Below, piece by piece: positions 10,603 through 21,866 of a DNA stretch of 64,000 nucleotides. The translations under genes were made by a program, and so were the position numbers. The stretch lies in the NCBI RefSeq assembly GCF_000981445.1, contig NC_027218.1, forward strand, positions 1,426,001 to 1,490,000. The letters run 5' to 3'. Each line of letters opens with the position of its first letter. The stretch's first letter is position 1. Origin of the DNA: Babesia bigemina. Taxonomy: Eukaryota. The notes under the pieces were generated by a model. The model ran no database searches. It was not told the origin of the DNA and saw nothing but the letters and a program-made list of their open reading frames with translations.

Positions 10603-11698
10603 TTACGCCTTTTGTTTCCCAGCAACTTCAGAGTTCCCCAGCCTGTACGCGAAAAGGTTCAGCATGGCGTCGTTTTCATACTCGAGTGCCTTCATCATGT
10701 GCTGCACTTGGAGCAGCTGCTCGTCTGGGATCTTGGCAGTGACCATCTCCTTGGAGAGGGTGTCAAGCAGCTTGCTGTGCCTGTAGCCGAACCTGCGCTA
10801 GAGTTTTGACTACCGTTGATATCGCTTACCTAGCGTACGATGCGATTATTTTGACCAGGAACCCCGGCGGGATCATCATCTCCTTCGACTCCACCTGGGT
10901 GACGAGGTCGGCCGCAACAGCCTCGAAGAGCTCCTTATGGGCGTGGTCGCATCTCGCGAATGCGCCCACAAGGTGCGTGTATGAAGTTATTTTGGACAGC
11001 GCCCGGTTCTTCACCGGCTCATCCGTATCTTGCCCAAGTGCGTCACTCGGCGCGGTCGCGGCAACATGTCCCTCCTGCAGCTTCTCCCGCCTGAGGCGCG
11101 TGGTTACCACATCAGCTATCCTGTCAAACATGGCAGTGTGCCGGTACTGGTAGTAGGCAAAGCTAAGTGCGAGCTTGCTGAGGTCCTCTAGAGAGAGCCG
11201 CTCTAGGTGGTAGAGGAGCTGTCTAGTGGCCAAGTTCAGCAGGCCACCCTGTCTCACTTTGATTCGCTTGAATATGTGAACCAGCTCGACCCATTGCCTG
11301 GGCTGGAAGTGGTCGCTGAGCTCGACGGTGCGCTGGTAGAGGTCCTGCCACAACTTGGTGTCGAATACCTGGCAGCGCAGCCCCTTTCTGGCCACAAACA
11401 GCACCTGGTTCGGCGTGTTGATGGTCGGAGAGCCGTGCTTCGTACCCTTTTCAGCATCATATGATGTTGTATCAGCGGGTTCGGCGCTGTCTGCGGCCTC
11501 AGCGTGCTCCCCGTACAGGCTGCTCAGCGGGACCCACCCAGGGCGGGTGCCGGCATCGCCAGGAAGGCAGGTTCTGAAAACCCGCCCCGTTGTCGACGCC
11601 GCCCTGCTACCGACCGTCCGAAGACACACATGCCTGCTTAGTGGCAACCATGCGTGCGACGGAATCAAATGCAATTTGCACAGGCTCGTCCGTGACAT
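10603..11698 (-). CDS. Helical-repeat organellar RNA-binding protein (HPR / FAST-kinase-like), 2 exons
   Basis: Mitochondrial presequence-like N-terminus. Roughly 37-aa repeats: FQPRQWVELVHIFKRIKVRQGGLL, LSLEDLSKLALSFAYYQYRHTAMFDRI, YTHLVGAFARCDHAHKELFEAV, LVKIIASYAR|FGYRHSKLLDTL. A gtaagc...gcag intron joins the last exon in frame. Confidence 0.72.
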
Positions 11699-12088
11699 TT
11701 GCCATCCACCGACTGCTCACGCTGACGGATGGTACAGCAACTTATGCGCATGAATGAACGCTACACCTCATGTACGATGTGATATATTTGTGATTCTTGT
11801 CAAGATCTCTTCTTCTGGTGGTCAGTGGTCGGACGCTGCCCTGCGGGCTCTGGGTAGTTTGGCGGGTGCACAGGCCGCGATCGGCGCGGTTAATTTCATT
11901 CATTTTGACATTTTAGGCTGCTTCCGGTATGACCGCGTAGCGTGCCGCCGCCCGCTTCGTTTCGTCCATCTTTTCCAGGGGCCTGGGTGGACGTACACAA
12001 CCGTCTCAGCGCCATTCCGGCCGCGGCGCAGCGCCGCCACGAGTACCACCGCCGGGACCTCCTGGCAGTTGCATGACGTAGAGTAATA

Positions 12089-13531
12089 ATGAATAACGGC
12101 TTGAGGAGTTTGTTCGCCTCTGTTTCGCGTGTCGCCTCGGCGCGGCGCGCGTTGCGCTGCAGCTATTTCAGCAGCGTGGCGAAGCGCCCAGAGAACCCCC
12201 GTGTGTTTGAGAACCCAGCGGATTTTAAACCTTACGTGCTGGGACTGCGTTACACGGAGTTTACCAACCGGCTGGAGCTGATAGAGGACTCCCCGGTGAT
12301 TCCGATCTTCCAGGTTATGGATGTCGAGGGCAACTTCCTCGGCGACTGGAAGAACCCTTTCCCCTCCGATGAAGCTGTGCTGGAGCACTACAAAACAATG
12401 GTTCGGTTGTCGATATGGGACAACCTATTCTACAATATCCAGCGACAAGGTTGGTGTGGTCGCCGTTCTGTCGCACATGCTCGCAGGTCGCATATCCTTT
12501 TACATCCAAAACCAGGGCGAGGAAGCCATGCAAGTGGGATGCGGTTTGGCTCTAAAGCATGAGGACCACATATTCGGTCAATACAGGTGCGTGCTCAGTA
12601 TGGTAATGTATCATATCATCCAGGGAGCTCGGCGTGCTCTACTGCAAGGGCTTCACTGTTGACGACACTCTGAACCAGTTGTTCGCCAACAAAGGCGATG
12701 AATGCAAGGGGCGCCAAATGCCAATTTCTTACTCCAAGAAGGAGTGCAACATCCACGCGATATGTACCCCGCTCACTTCTCAGCTGCCACATGCAGCAGG
12801 TGCGGGTTACGCACTCAAGCTTCAGAAGGCCGCTGCCTGCGCGGTGGGCTTCTTCGGTGAGGGAGCCGCCTCCGAGGGCGATTTCCATGCTGCGATGAAC
12901 ATGGCTGCGGTGCGTCAGTCTCAGACCATATTCGCCTGCCGTAACAACGGCTACGCCATCTCCACACCGGTGTGTGACCAGTACTACGGCGACGGTATCG
13001 CCATCCGCGGTGTTGCGTACGGCATGCCTACAATACGGTAAGTCACCACGCCCATTATTCACTCACTGCTGCAGCGTCGACGGCAACGACCTTTTTGCGT
13101 CCTACATTGCAACCAAGCACGCTCGTGAGCACTGCGTGACGCGATCGACACCCATTTGTATCGAATACATGACGTACCGTCTGGGACACCACAGCACGTC
13201 GGACGAGTCGTCACAGTACCGCGGTCCCGGCGAGTTCGACGTGTGGACCGCCGGCGGCAACAACGGCATCAACCGCGTGCGCAAATACCTCGAGAAGCAG
13301 GGTCTCTGGGATGAAGAACGCGACGAAGCTCTGCGTAAGGAGGCCCGTAGCTTCATGCTGAAGAAGATCCGTGAGGTGGAGGTTGTGAAACACGTGGATT
13401 TGTCTTCCGGCATTTTCGACGACGTATACGATCAGCCCCATCCGATGTTGGAGCAGCAGCGTGAAGAATTCCTCGAGCACTTAAACCGTTACGGTGAGAA
13501 CTACAAGCTTGAGCGCTACGAGAAACATTGA
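12089..13531 (+). CDS. BCKDHA: Branched-chain alpha-keto acid dehydrogenase E1 alpha subunit, 4 exons
   Basis: QRQG|RISFY..QGEEA.QVG, GQYR|ELG, KGRQMPISY, TPP-binding GEGAASEGDFHAAMN...CRNNGYAISTP, YRLGHHSTSD. Three short (~37 nt) GT-AG introns join the frames. Confidence 0.96.
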
Positions 13532-14447
13532 ACGTGGGCGCCTTCCAAACGACGTGAAGCGTATCCACATCGCCTCGTATTTTAACGGATGCCCGGTGTA
13601 TAGTAACGTGCTTATACCACCAAAAACGTGAGACATAATGTATAATTGGCCTAAACAGCATACATTGGCGCATTCGTACGGCGGACTAACGCGTCAGCGA
13701 TGAGTGACACGATGGCCGAACCCACCGCGGGGTGACCGGCCCCTTCCCGAGGATGAGGAAAACAAGATTACCCGCGCACCAAACTAGCACCATAGCACGA
13801 TAGTTCTGCCGTATTCCGCGGCACGTCGCAGCCAGTGCTCGGAGAGTAAGCGCTCTGTGATGAAAGTGGAATCATTTGTGGACGTACAAAGGTTACACGC
13901 AAATAGGCGCTCAAGAGAAACTTGCGGCGTAAATTTAGAGAATACAAATTATTTTAATTGCGTAAGACCGTGGAAGGAGCGCTTTAATTGCTCGTCGTGA
14001 CTCCAATGCCAACAACGGGCTGGACCCGCAAGATACTGCAGATTTTTGAACGTGCTAGTGGCAACCCATCCGAAATTTTCAAACGTGTACGCATACCTGC
14101 AAATACTGCCAACATTCCCAGCCTCAACATCAGCTATTCCCGTCCGGAATGTACGTGGACAATTACTCGCGTTGTACGTACTGCATGTCACGTTGGTGGT
14201 GTGGAGCTGTCTATAACACGGCAGCTTTGTTGTCACAGTGCCACAGCGTCCACCTATTTGGTGCCTAGCACTTTTTTGTAATATTTAATTGTTGACGTCT
14301 GTATTTGGAAGCAACAGCACTTGCGTTGTGCTGATTCGCCGTTAGGACACACCTTATAAGTTACGAGTGCTGCTCGCGGACCGGTCTATACGTAGACCGA
14401 TTTTAACACGTTTATAGATATCAAATAATCTAACAGATCTCGGCAAG

Positions 14448-15209
14448 ATGGTGTACAGTTCGTTGAAAGGAATCCCTCGTGACTTCAGGGAGGGTGTTGA
14501 CTGGATTCTGGCCTTGAAGGGATCGCATCCTGATGTGACCCTGGGTATGTTGGCTGACGCAGTTCACCGTCTGCTTGTACGCCACCCTGTGGGCTACACG
14601 GAGATTCCAGCTCTTGAGAAGGTAAAGAGTGTTGCGCAGAAGTTCTTCGAGCAGAAGAGCTTTAAGCACGACCCTTTCGCAGAAATGCTGTTGAAACGCT
14701 ACAATGCGCGCATGCCTAAGGACCCTATGGGCCTCGCTAAATCCTTAAAGTTCTACCTGGAAAGCGATTACAGGAATGTCATTGCGGCCCATGATGTTAG
14801 ACCCCAGCGCATCGCAGGCAGATTGCGCAGGGTTGCGGATGCTTGTGAGAGGTTCTTGAATGACATCAAAAGCGCCGACAGCTACAGGTCTACCTACACC
14901 TCAAGGGCCACGTGGGATGTATCATGCGCGAAAGACCCGGAAACTTGCGCAGCTATTTTCGTGGGAATTGCACCTATGCTATTCACTGGTCTGCTCTATT
15001 TGATGGAGGCTGACGAATATGCGAGCCGTGTAGAGCGTAATTACGAGGTGGAGAAGCAGTTGGAAGATCTGCTTAGGTCTCTGGGTTACGGCAAGCCTGA
15101 ATGCAAAGATCGCATTGACGGTCCGCTGTTCACCGTGGCGGTGCGCGATATTAATGACACTATATTGGACACTCTCTACGACCTCGCTGGTTTCTGGGCG
15201 TTCTATTGA
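14448..15209 (+). CDS. Short ves-like (VESA N-terminal-type) multigene family protein, 253 aa
   Basis: N-terminus MVYSSLKGIPRDFREGVDWILALKG matches the VESA P.nlkEaiDWll start. Also Y.S.Y.S.ATW..SCAKDPE.CA.IFVGIAPML and terminal LYDLAGFWAFY. Clear paralog of 21867-22715. Confidence 0.82.
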   Translation: MVYSSLKGIPRDFREGVDWILALKGSHPDVTLGMLADAVHRLLVRHPVGYTEIPALEKVKSVAQKFFEQKSFKHDPFAEMLLKRYNARMPKDPMGLAKSLKFYLESDYRNVIAAHDVRPQRIAGRLRRVADACERFLNDIKSADSYRSTYTSRATWDVSCAKDPETCAAIFVGIAPMLFTGLLYLMEADEYASRVERNYEVEKQLEDLLRSLGYGKPECKDRIDGPLFTVAVRDINDTILDTLYDLAGFWAFY

Positions 15210-15876
15210 GTGGTTATCTTAGGTTAACTGTGCTAGCAGCTGGACGACGAGTTTTTGCATCCGGATCACGACTCAGTAGCCGCAATACGAAACGTCACGA
15301 AACATTTCAATTGTATGAAATGTAGTGATAGTTAGATGTATGTATACGATCTTTACAAACAATCCAGATGCCATATAATGAGGGCAAACACAGTTAAGAA
15401 CCTATCTCTAATTACATTAGCGACGCACTCAGGCCACTTGTTTTTCAGCTACGTACGGTTTTATTCTTCTGTAACTTGCTGAAACTATGTTTTTATATTT
15501 TGTTCTGTTCGAGAAGCAGCACGGCCATGAGGTGTAGAGGAGGATCGCTACGTTCCGCGGAGATTAAAGTATGCCCTGGTTTTTGGCGAAACTATTACGC
15601 ACCACATTAGATTAGGATCTTATAAATAAGTGTAGTGATAACTAAATAAATTCAATTCATCTGCATTCGTTTTTAACCGCGACTATTTCTACCTTTCTAG
15701 ATCCGTTGGTTGTTTGAAATTAGACTCACGTTTCAGCGGGTAATATGAAATTTTGCATTGGACAATATTGATATAAACACTTTGCATTGCTGTAATTCTT
15801 AGGATACGTTTCTGCGGTTCAATTTAGTGTCAAAAGCCTCTAATCGCTTCTGTGGTAAACTTGTCGCCTTTTCATT

Positions 15877-16458
15877 ATGGATCTCCGTAACTGCTCTCCA
15901 CACTGCTCGCCCATTACGTACCGGGCGTACGCCCTGTACTCCCAGAGCTTCGCCCACACCTACCTCAGCTGGACGGTGTACCTGCCGGACAGACTGTGGG
16001 AGTCACTACAAAAATTGCACTATGATTTGCAAAAACATCGTGGCAGCGGCAAGTGTTCATCCCTCCACCTGTGTTCCACTGCGCTGCCCCTCCTCTACCT
16101 ACACGGGTTCACGCCGCCGGAGGTGGGATCTCAGCCGACACTCACATGTCAACAGGTCATCGGCAGGCTGCAGGAGATTGTCAACGGTGGGCCTATCTCA
16201 TCACTCATGACCGCCATGGACAACCTCCTCTACGGTATCCGGGAGCCATTCATCCTCATTCTCGTGGCACTCTGGTCTCTCGCATTTTTCCAGTTTATGA
16301 ACCCGATGCTATACCGCCTGGACGTGCTCTACATCCGATCACACCTTATATGCTCCAGGGCCTCCCACCTCATCGATGTCAAGGCGTTACTCACGGACGG
16401 CAGGAAGATGCTTTCACTTTACAAAGATGTGGACTACTTTGACTACACGGTTGATTAA
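15877..16458 (+). pseudogene. ves1 3'-terminal fragment (5'-truncated; 193-codon open frame)
   Basis: YLSWTVYLP..LWESL, PLLYLHGF, IREPFILILVALWSLAF (TM), RLDVLYIRSHL...SHLIDVKALL parallel the C-terminus of the 34665-39488 protein (YLSWVLYLP, PTLYKYGF, RGPFIWTLFALW, VDTFYIRSHW..SH). Upstream DNA is AT-rich and non-coding. Confidence 0.8.
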
Positions 16459-17242
16459 CATGACACATCACAGCCATGATCACCTTTACGTAGTTACACG
16501 GCAAGTTGTTTGCTATTGTTAAATGTCTGTATTCTACTTACATGCTGTGTTATTTTATACGGTGTGGTACTATATTTATGCTGAGGAAGCAATTAAGATT
16601 CTCATGTTATTGGCAGAGTACTGCGCGCCGTATTGTTGCTAGGCGTGTTGGCCAAGATGGAGCAACCATAAAGCTTTAAGCGTCTATAACAATCACGCTT
16701 CTAGTAAGTCATTCTATCACGTTGGGTTGCAGCTGACAACTGAATGCATTCCGCTCGAGTAAATACACGGCGTAGTCGCTCTTCGGCCTCCATCTTCACC
16801 ACGTTGACTTGGTTATTACTTTCGACACCAGTACATTAATTTTGTTATAACATGCATCAGCCACGACTGTGTACTGGTTAGTATATTCGGCATTTTGCTG
16901 GGTGATTGCCCGTAATAAGTTGTGGTAATGAAGGCTCGATGTACGATGCCGTGCGTTCTAAGTTTCTTGGAATATTTATTGAGATAATAAGTTGGCATTG
17001 TTTTTTATATCATAATGCTTCTGCAGGTGATGCAATCGAATCTAACGCTTGAGGAAAATTCTTCGCTGTCTAGACAACTGTTGTGATCCCTGGGGAGTCG
17101 TTGGCGTTCACAAACAATTATAGATAGCACTTTTACGGGCTGTAACTAACTTCCATTTCATCAATATTCTTGAAGTGCCTTGTTGTCGAAAACAGTTAAG
17201 CATATGAGACCTGTCAGGTTTCATCCAACGCAACGACTCAAA

Positions 17243-20137
17243 ATGGCCAGCTGTCGTATGAATTGCATCTTTTTGTGTTGCGCAGTAGCGTTTCAGTTTA
17301 TTGGTTTCATAGACGCAACTGATTGTAGCTTTTCTCAGCCAGCAGAATTACTTCGTGACAATGCTCTCGTTACCTGCAACCTGGATATCCATAATTTTGG
17401 ACCTACGGAGGTAGCATGCCCGCGCAGGGTCAAACACAGCGAATACGTGTGGCATCCTCAACCAGATTCAAACGAACGGGCTTTTACAAAAACATACGTA
17501 GTTGAAAACGGAATTTTTCGTTCTGTTGCTCTTTCAGATGTATTAAAACGCGAAACTCCAGGGTTTTATATCCACACTGAATCAAATGAGTCATCTCGTA
17601 TAGTCAATATTTACCTACGAGAAGAAGATTTATATGCAATCACAGGACGCCGTGCGATATTTATCTGTGGGCCAAGAGATTTGGTTTTGACTGACACGCT
17701 GCAGCGTCTCCTTGACGGCATCGATGGTACCATCAAAGCTCAAAGTTTCCCGTGGACTCCAGCCACTCCATTGTCTCAGGAGATTGCCAAGATAGGCAGT
17801 GGTTTGGGGATATTTTACTTGATCAGAGGGCGTAAACACATGCCGCTTCAAGGCTGCGGTAACCTCCCCTCACCACTCTTTGCCGCTGATCATGAGGTTA
17901 CTGTGGATCCCATCAGTCGTGAAACTTCATGTGTGGTGGATCCCATGTCAGAAGCGCGCATTGGTTTTCTTTGTAGCGGCAGGATTGAACCCCCTGGTTG
18001 CATGAGGTCACTATTAGATAGTAATGGTAACCCTATGCGTGTGCCGTCACCATACCCGCTTTTAAATACTTCTCTTCACAAACAGTGGGTGGTAGCTAAA
18101 TATTTCACATTTCGATCTTTACCGCCAATTAATGGAGAATGTAAGTGCATACATCCGAAAACTGGTCGGGTGAGTGCAAGGATAGAAGTCCGCTCGAAAA
18201 CTGACTACATTTGTGACATTGCTAGCAAAATATTACGTAACCGATCTCAACCAATCAGCGGCCCGTGGTGTTCGGTAGTGCTTCATCCGGGAAGCACACT
18301 AACAATCAAATTTCCAATAAATAATTCTAATCTGGAGGCTCCCAAGGAGGGGGATCCCACTGTCACATTCTCGCAAATGATGTCTCTCCATGAATACCAG
18401 ACTGAATTTCAGCCATATAACTTGAATACCCTGAGACAAGTGACCTCAGGACATGACGTTGATACGTACAACGAAATCCCGTACCACGACGCTCTTGTCG
18501 GTGATGCTCTCGAGTTGGATGTTTCTCAAATGCAACGTGGCGAAGTAAAACTGAAGTACCACGTCGACAAACCTCTCTCGTTAAAACGTGGAACCAATGC
18601 GTTTCGTTATCATTTGACTTTGACATCAAGAGACGAGCATGTCCTACACAGAATACAAGCCATTGTCAATATTTCCTTCGCGTTTACTCATTTTTATAAT
18701 ATGGTTGGATGCGACCGGGGGACACCAAGTCTGTTTAATCCAGAAAAGAGTAAACGTCGTTGTTCAACGAAATCTATGGAGAACGGTATAGGTAGTGTCT
18801 ATGAATGTCTCTACTACGAATCCAAAGATTTTGGTTGGGCTGGCATTCACTGCGGGCCGGAAGAGGAACTGTTGCCGGACAATTGCGCCTCCGTTGGATA
18901 CGATCTATACTCAAATCGAATAATGGCATTTCCCCGCATCCTGAGGTCTGAGACTTCTCACCCCATTGGAGGGTTCCAGACGTTCAGCATAGGTTTTCAA
19001 GACGACGCTATTGGCTACGCTTGCATATGTGTCGATAAACGTGGATACGAAACATCCAAACTAATTCTAGAGTTTAAGAATCACACTGCCCGCAGCTACG
19101 AAGTAGAACGCGCACAACGATCTCAGACATCACTTTCTCACATGTTGCTGCCTTGGCACAGAACCGGATCATCAATAGAAGGATCCGCATTACCCGAATA
19201 TCTTATGATACATTATACACCAGAGGAAGCCTTCACCTTAGAAGCAGGTGATACGTTGTCACTGTATTGTGAAATGGATTTGGGTGCGCTCCACATAATT
19301 TCAATGCGTTTAAACCGTAATCTTAACCCAAGGAAAAAAACATTGAAATGGTTTCCGGAACAACCTGATGAATTTTATTATATAGTGGAAGATACGCCAA
19401 ACGGATCAGTGTTGGTTCGCAGGAGCTACAATGATTCAATAGCTACTACACCGGGTGCATTGGAAGTCGTTCATCGAGCAAATACCAATAGTGTTAGGTT
19501 TCCCGAACTGACAATAAGAACACGTAGAAGCGGCATTCTTATATCAAAGGATCCAACTAACACGAAATACGTACCCATGACGTTTGTCTGCGGTAATACA
19601 CCCAAACAAACGGATGTTACCATTGCACCTGGTAATGCATCGACCTCAGACGCATCAGCGCAACCCACTTCTAATATAATGAGGTCATCCACGCCATACG
19701 TTTGGCACGTCGTGGATATCGACTTAGAAACCACTGACCCCTACATGCAAGGCTGTGGTGTTACGTATTCGTCAACTGAGTTATTCAAGCCCGAGACACC
19801 CAAGCTCTACGATGCTGATGGAGAGCTTCAGTTCGGTTGCCAGATCGACATTCAGACTGCTAAAGAAGCGGCGTTCTACTGCCCAGCGCCGTATGTCCTG
19901 GACCCACCCAACTGTTTCAACCAAGTTTACGTTGAGGATGAAGTGAAGAATTTGAGTGAAATAAGCCAGTCGATGATTGCATCAGCATCCAACCACTTCG
20001 TCATCTTGAACTTCGACAGTGCGCGTATAGGACCCGGGGAGACCCTGCGGCAAACGCCTCCGTTGGAGTGCCGCTGCGTCACCGTTAAGGGTGTCACCCT
20101 CTCCACCATCAAGGTCGAGAACTACTACGCCAAGTAA
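17243..20137 (+). CDS. 6-Cys (s48/45 domain) family secreted protein, ~964 aa
   Basis: Signal-peptide-like N-terminus (IFLCCAVAFQFIGFIDA). Repeated 6-Cys patterns: LQGCG..CVVD..IGFLC..IEPPGCM..CKC; VGCD..C..GIHC..LLPDNC..CIC; MQGCG..CQID..AFYC..LDPPNCF..CRC. Alternative ATG at 17204. Confidence 0.88.
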   Translation: MASCRMNCIFLCCAVAFQFIGFIDATDCSFSQPAELLRDNALVTCNLDIHNFGPTEVACPRRVKHSEYVWHPQPDSNERAFTKTYVVENGIFRSVALSDVLKRETPGFYIHTESNESSRIVNIYLREEDLYAITGRRAIFICGPRDLVLTDTLQRLLDGIDGTIKAQSFPWTPATPLSQEIAKIGSGLGIFYLIRGRKHMPLQGCGNLPSPLFAADHEVTVDPISRETSCVVDPMSEARIGFLCSGRIEPPGCMRSLLDSNGNPMRVPSPYPLLNTSLHKQWVVAKYFTFRSLPPINGECKCIHPKTGRVSARIEVRSKTDYICDIASKILRNRSQPISGPWCSVVLHPGSTLTIKFPINNSNLEAPKEGDPTVTFSQMMSLHEYQTEFQPYNLNTLRQVTSGHDVDTYNEIPYHDALVGDALELDVSQMQRGEVKLKYHVDKPLSLKRGTNAFRYHLTLTSRDEHVLHRIQAIVNISFAFTHFYNMVGCDRGTPSLFNPEKSKRRCSTKSMENGIGSVYECLYYESKDFGWAGIHCGPEEELLPDNCASVGYDLYSNRIMAFPRILRSETSHPIGGFQTFSIGFQDDAIGYACICVDKRGYETSKLILEFKNHTARSYEVERAQRSQTSLSHMLLPWHRTGSSIEGSALPEYLMIHYTPEEAFTLEAGDTLSLYCEMDLGALHIISMRLNRNLNPRKKTLKWFPEQPDEFYYIVEDTPNGSVLVRRSYNDSIATTPGALEVVHRANTNSVRFPELTIRTRRSGILISKDPTNTKYVPMTFVCGNTPKQTDVTIAPGNASTSDASAQPTSNIMRSSTPYVWHVVDIDLETTDPYMQGCGVTYSSTELFKPETPKLYDADGELQFGCQIDIQTAKEAAFYCPAPYVLDPPNCFNQVYVEDEVKNLSEISQSMIASASNHFVILNFDSARIGPGETLRQTPPLECRCVTVKGVTLSTIKVENYYAK

Positions 20138-21866
20138 TGAGTCACACATATTTGGTAACTCGTTTGGCAATTAGCCACTTTAATTGTCATAATTCATGTT
20201 GTTCGATCTGCTGGTTTGTGTCTCCAGTGGTTGTATAGTTTTTGCTGAGATTGTGGTAGTTGTCGGTGCTGAGTTGGCATCGTATTTTAGTGTTGTAATA
20301 CATTTTTGTAGTTTTGTGTTAGCGATACCATGTAGTGCCAGTAATGGGATTTGATGCCACATCTCATAAGACAAATAGTGTATGTCGGGCATAGTTTGGT
20401 AAGGTGTAACGTGTTGTTTTGGTGATCTCATAACAACCTAAAAATCAGACTATGCCCCAAATACTCAACAAGAGATTCAATGCGACAATGATCATTGTCC
20501 CTCAGCAACTCCACCAAATTAATCAACCAACTACCGTTCGAGCATTTGGCCACCCTACACCATTGGCAAAAATAAAACTGGAAAGCAGTTCATTTGCTCA
20601 CTCCGTGTTCACAGCATTTCACATCATAACTATTAGAAAGGCTGAAGTGACCATTACAGACAATTACGAAATTACAGTTTCCGGTGCTCACTGCGCTCAA
20701 CATACATAGCCCACAGCTTGATGGTATGGATGAGGGGAAATTACAGAGCGATTCAGAATGGGACGTTAAGTGTGAGAAAGGTGATACATGTGTGAAAAAC
20801 ACGGCTAGTGTCAGATGGGTATGAAACGTTCTCGACACCTCTCGCCTCAATGAGGACTCCGACAGCAGCAAGGTAGGGATGTAAAAAGCTGCATCAGATT
20901 AAGTCGTTTAATGTCAACATAATGACACAACATAGAATGATAGTCAAAGATGTGGTTTTTCGTGTGCTTTGGTGTCCTTGTTCAGTAATGCAGATTTTGG
21001 TGCTTCAGCGTGAATGGCAGAACGCCCATACCAGACAGGAGATGCATAGCCTTAACAAGGTAGGCAGATCTGTCGGATCCATCCAATTCTACGAACACGT
21101 AACAATAACAATCAGTTATGCTGCACCACTCTAGGCGTAAATCCGGTACCTCCAATACGGTTGCCCAGCGATATATGGGCCAAGCTCAGCAACACAAGGG
21201 AGCAAAATCGGAAACAGTTATGGTGGACCCATCAATGCGATTGTATCGGAAGTTGTTGGATACTAACCAGATACTGCTTCGTAACACTGAACGTGTCACC
21301 GAATTTTCGCAGTGCACTGTGATGCTGAGCTGAGGAGTCACGTCAGAATCTCAGAACTACATCCTTGGATGTAAAATAATCTACGGGTCGTCGCGATCGT
21401 AAGGCGGTCATAGGATATACGAACGCATAACGCTGAATTGGTCTTGGGCATTACCCCATGTGTTAGCCACCGCACGGATTGCACACTGTAATGCGCTTGT
21501 CGCAACCCATCGGAAAATCGAAGATCTTTGTCACTTTATGCACGAAATATCACAGTGTATAGGCGCATTGCGTCTCATCCACATTTGAACCATGGATACT
21601 GCGATGACATGCGCTGCGGATGCTGCATGCCACATCAACGGTATGGACTCGGCTGCCATGGAGTAGCTGGGCGCTCGTCGCGCCTTCAACGAACGCCTAT
21701 TCGATACATAGACGATACGTAATAATCAAATTTGATGCACATTTATCGGGTGTTGACAGCACTTTAGTTAGTCTGCGATCAAGGCACAGCGGTAATAGAT
21801 AGGCTTCTGAATGCACAAAGCAACGCACGTTTTTAACTCACGCCTAGCATAACGAATACATACAAG

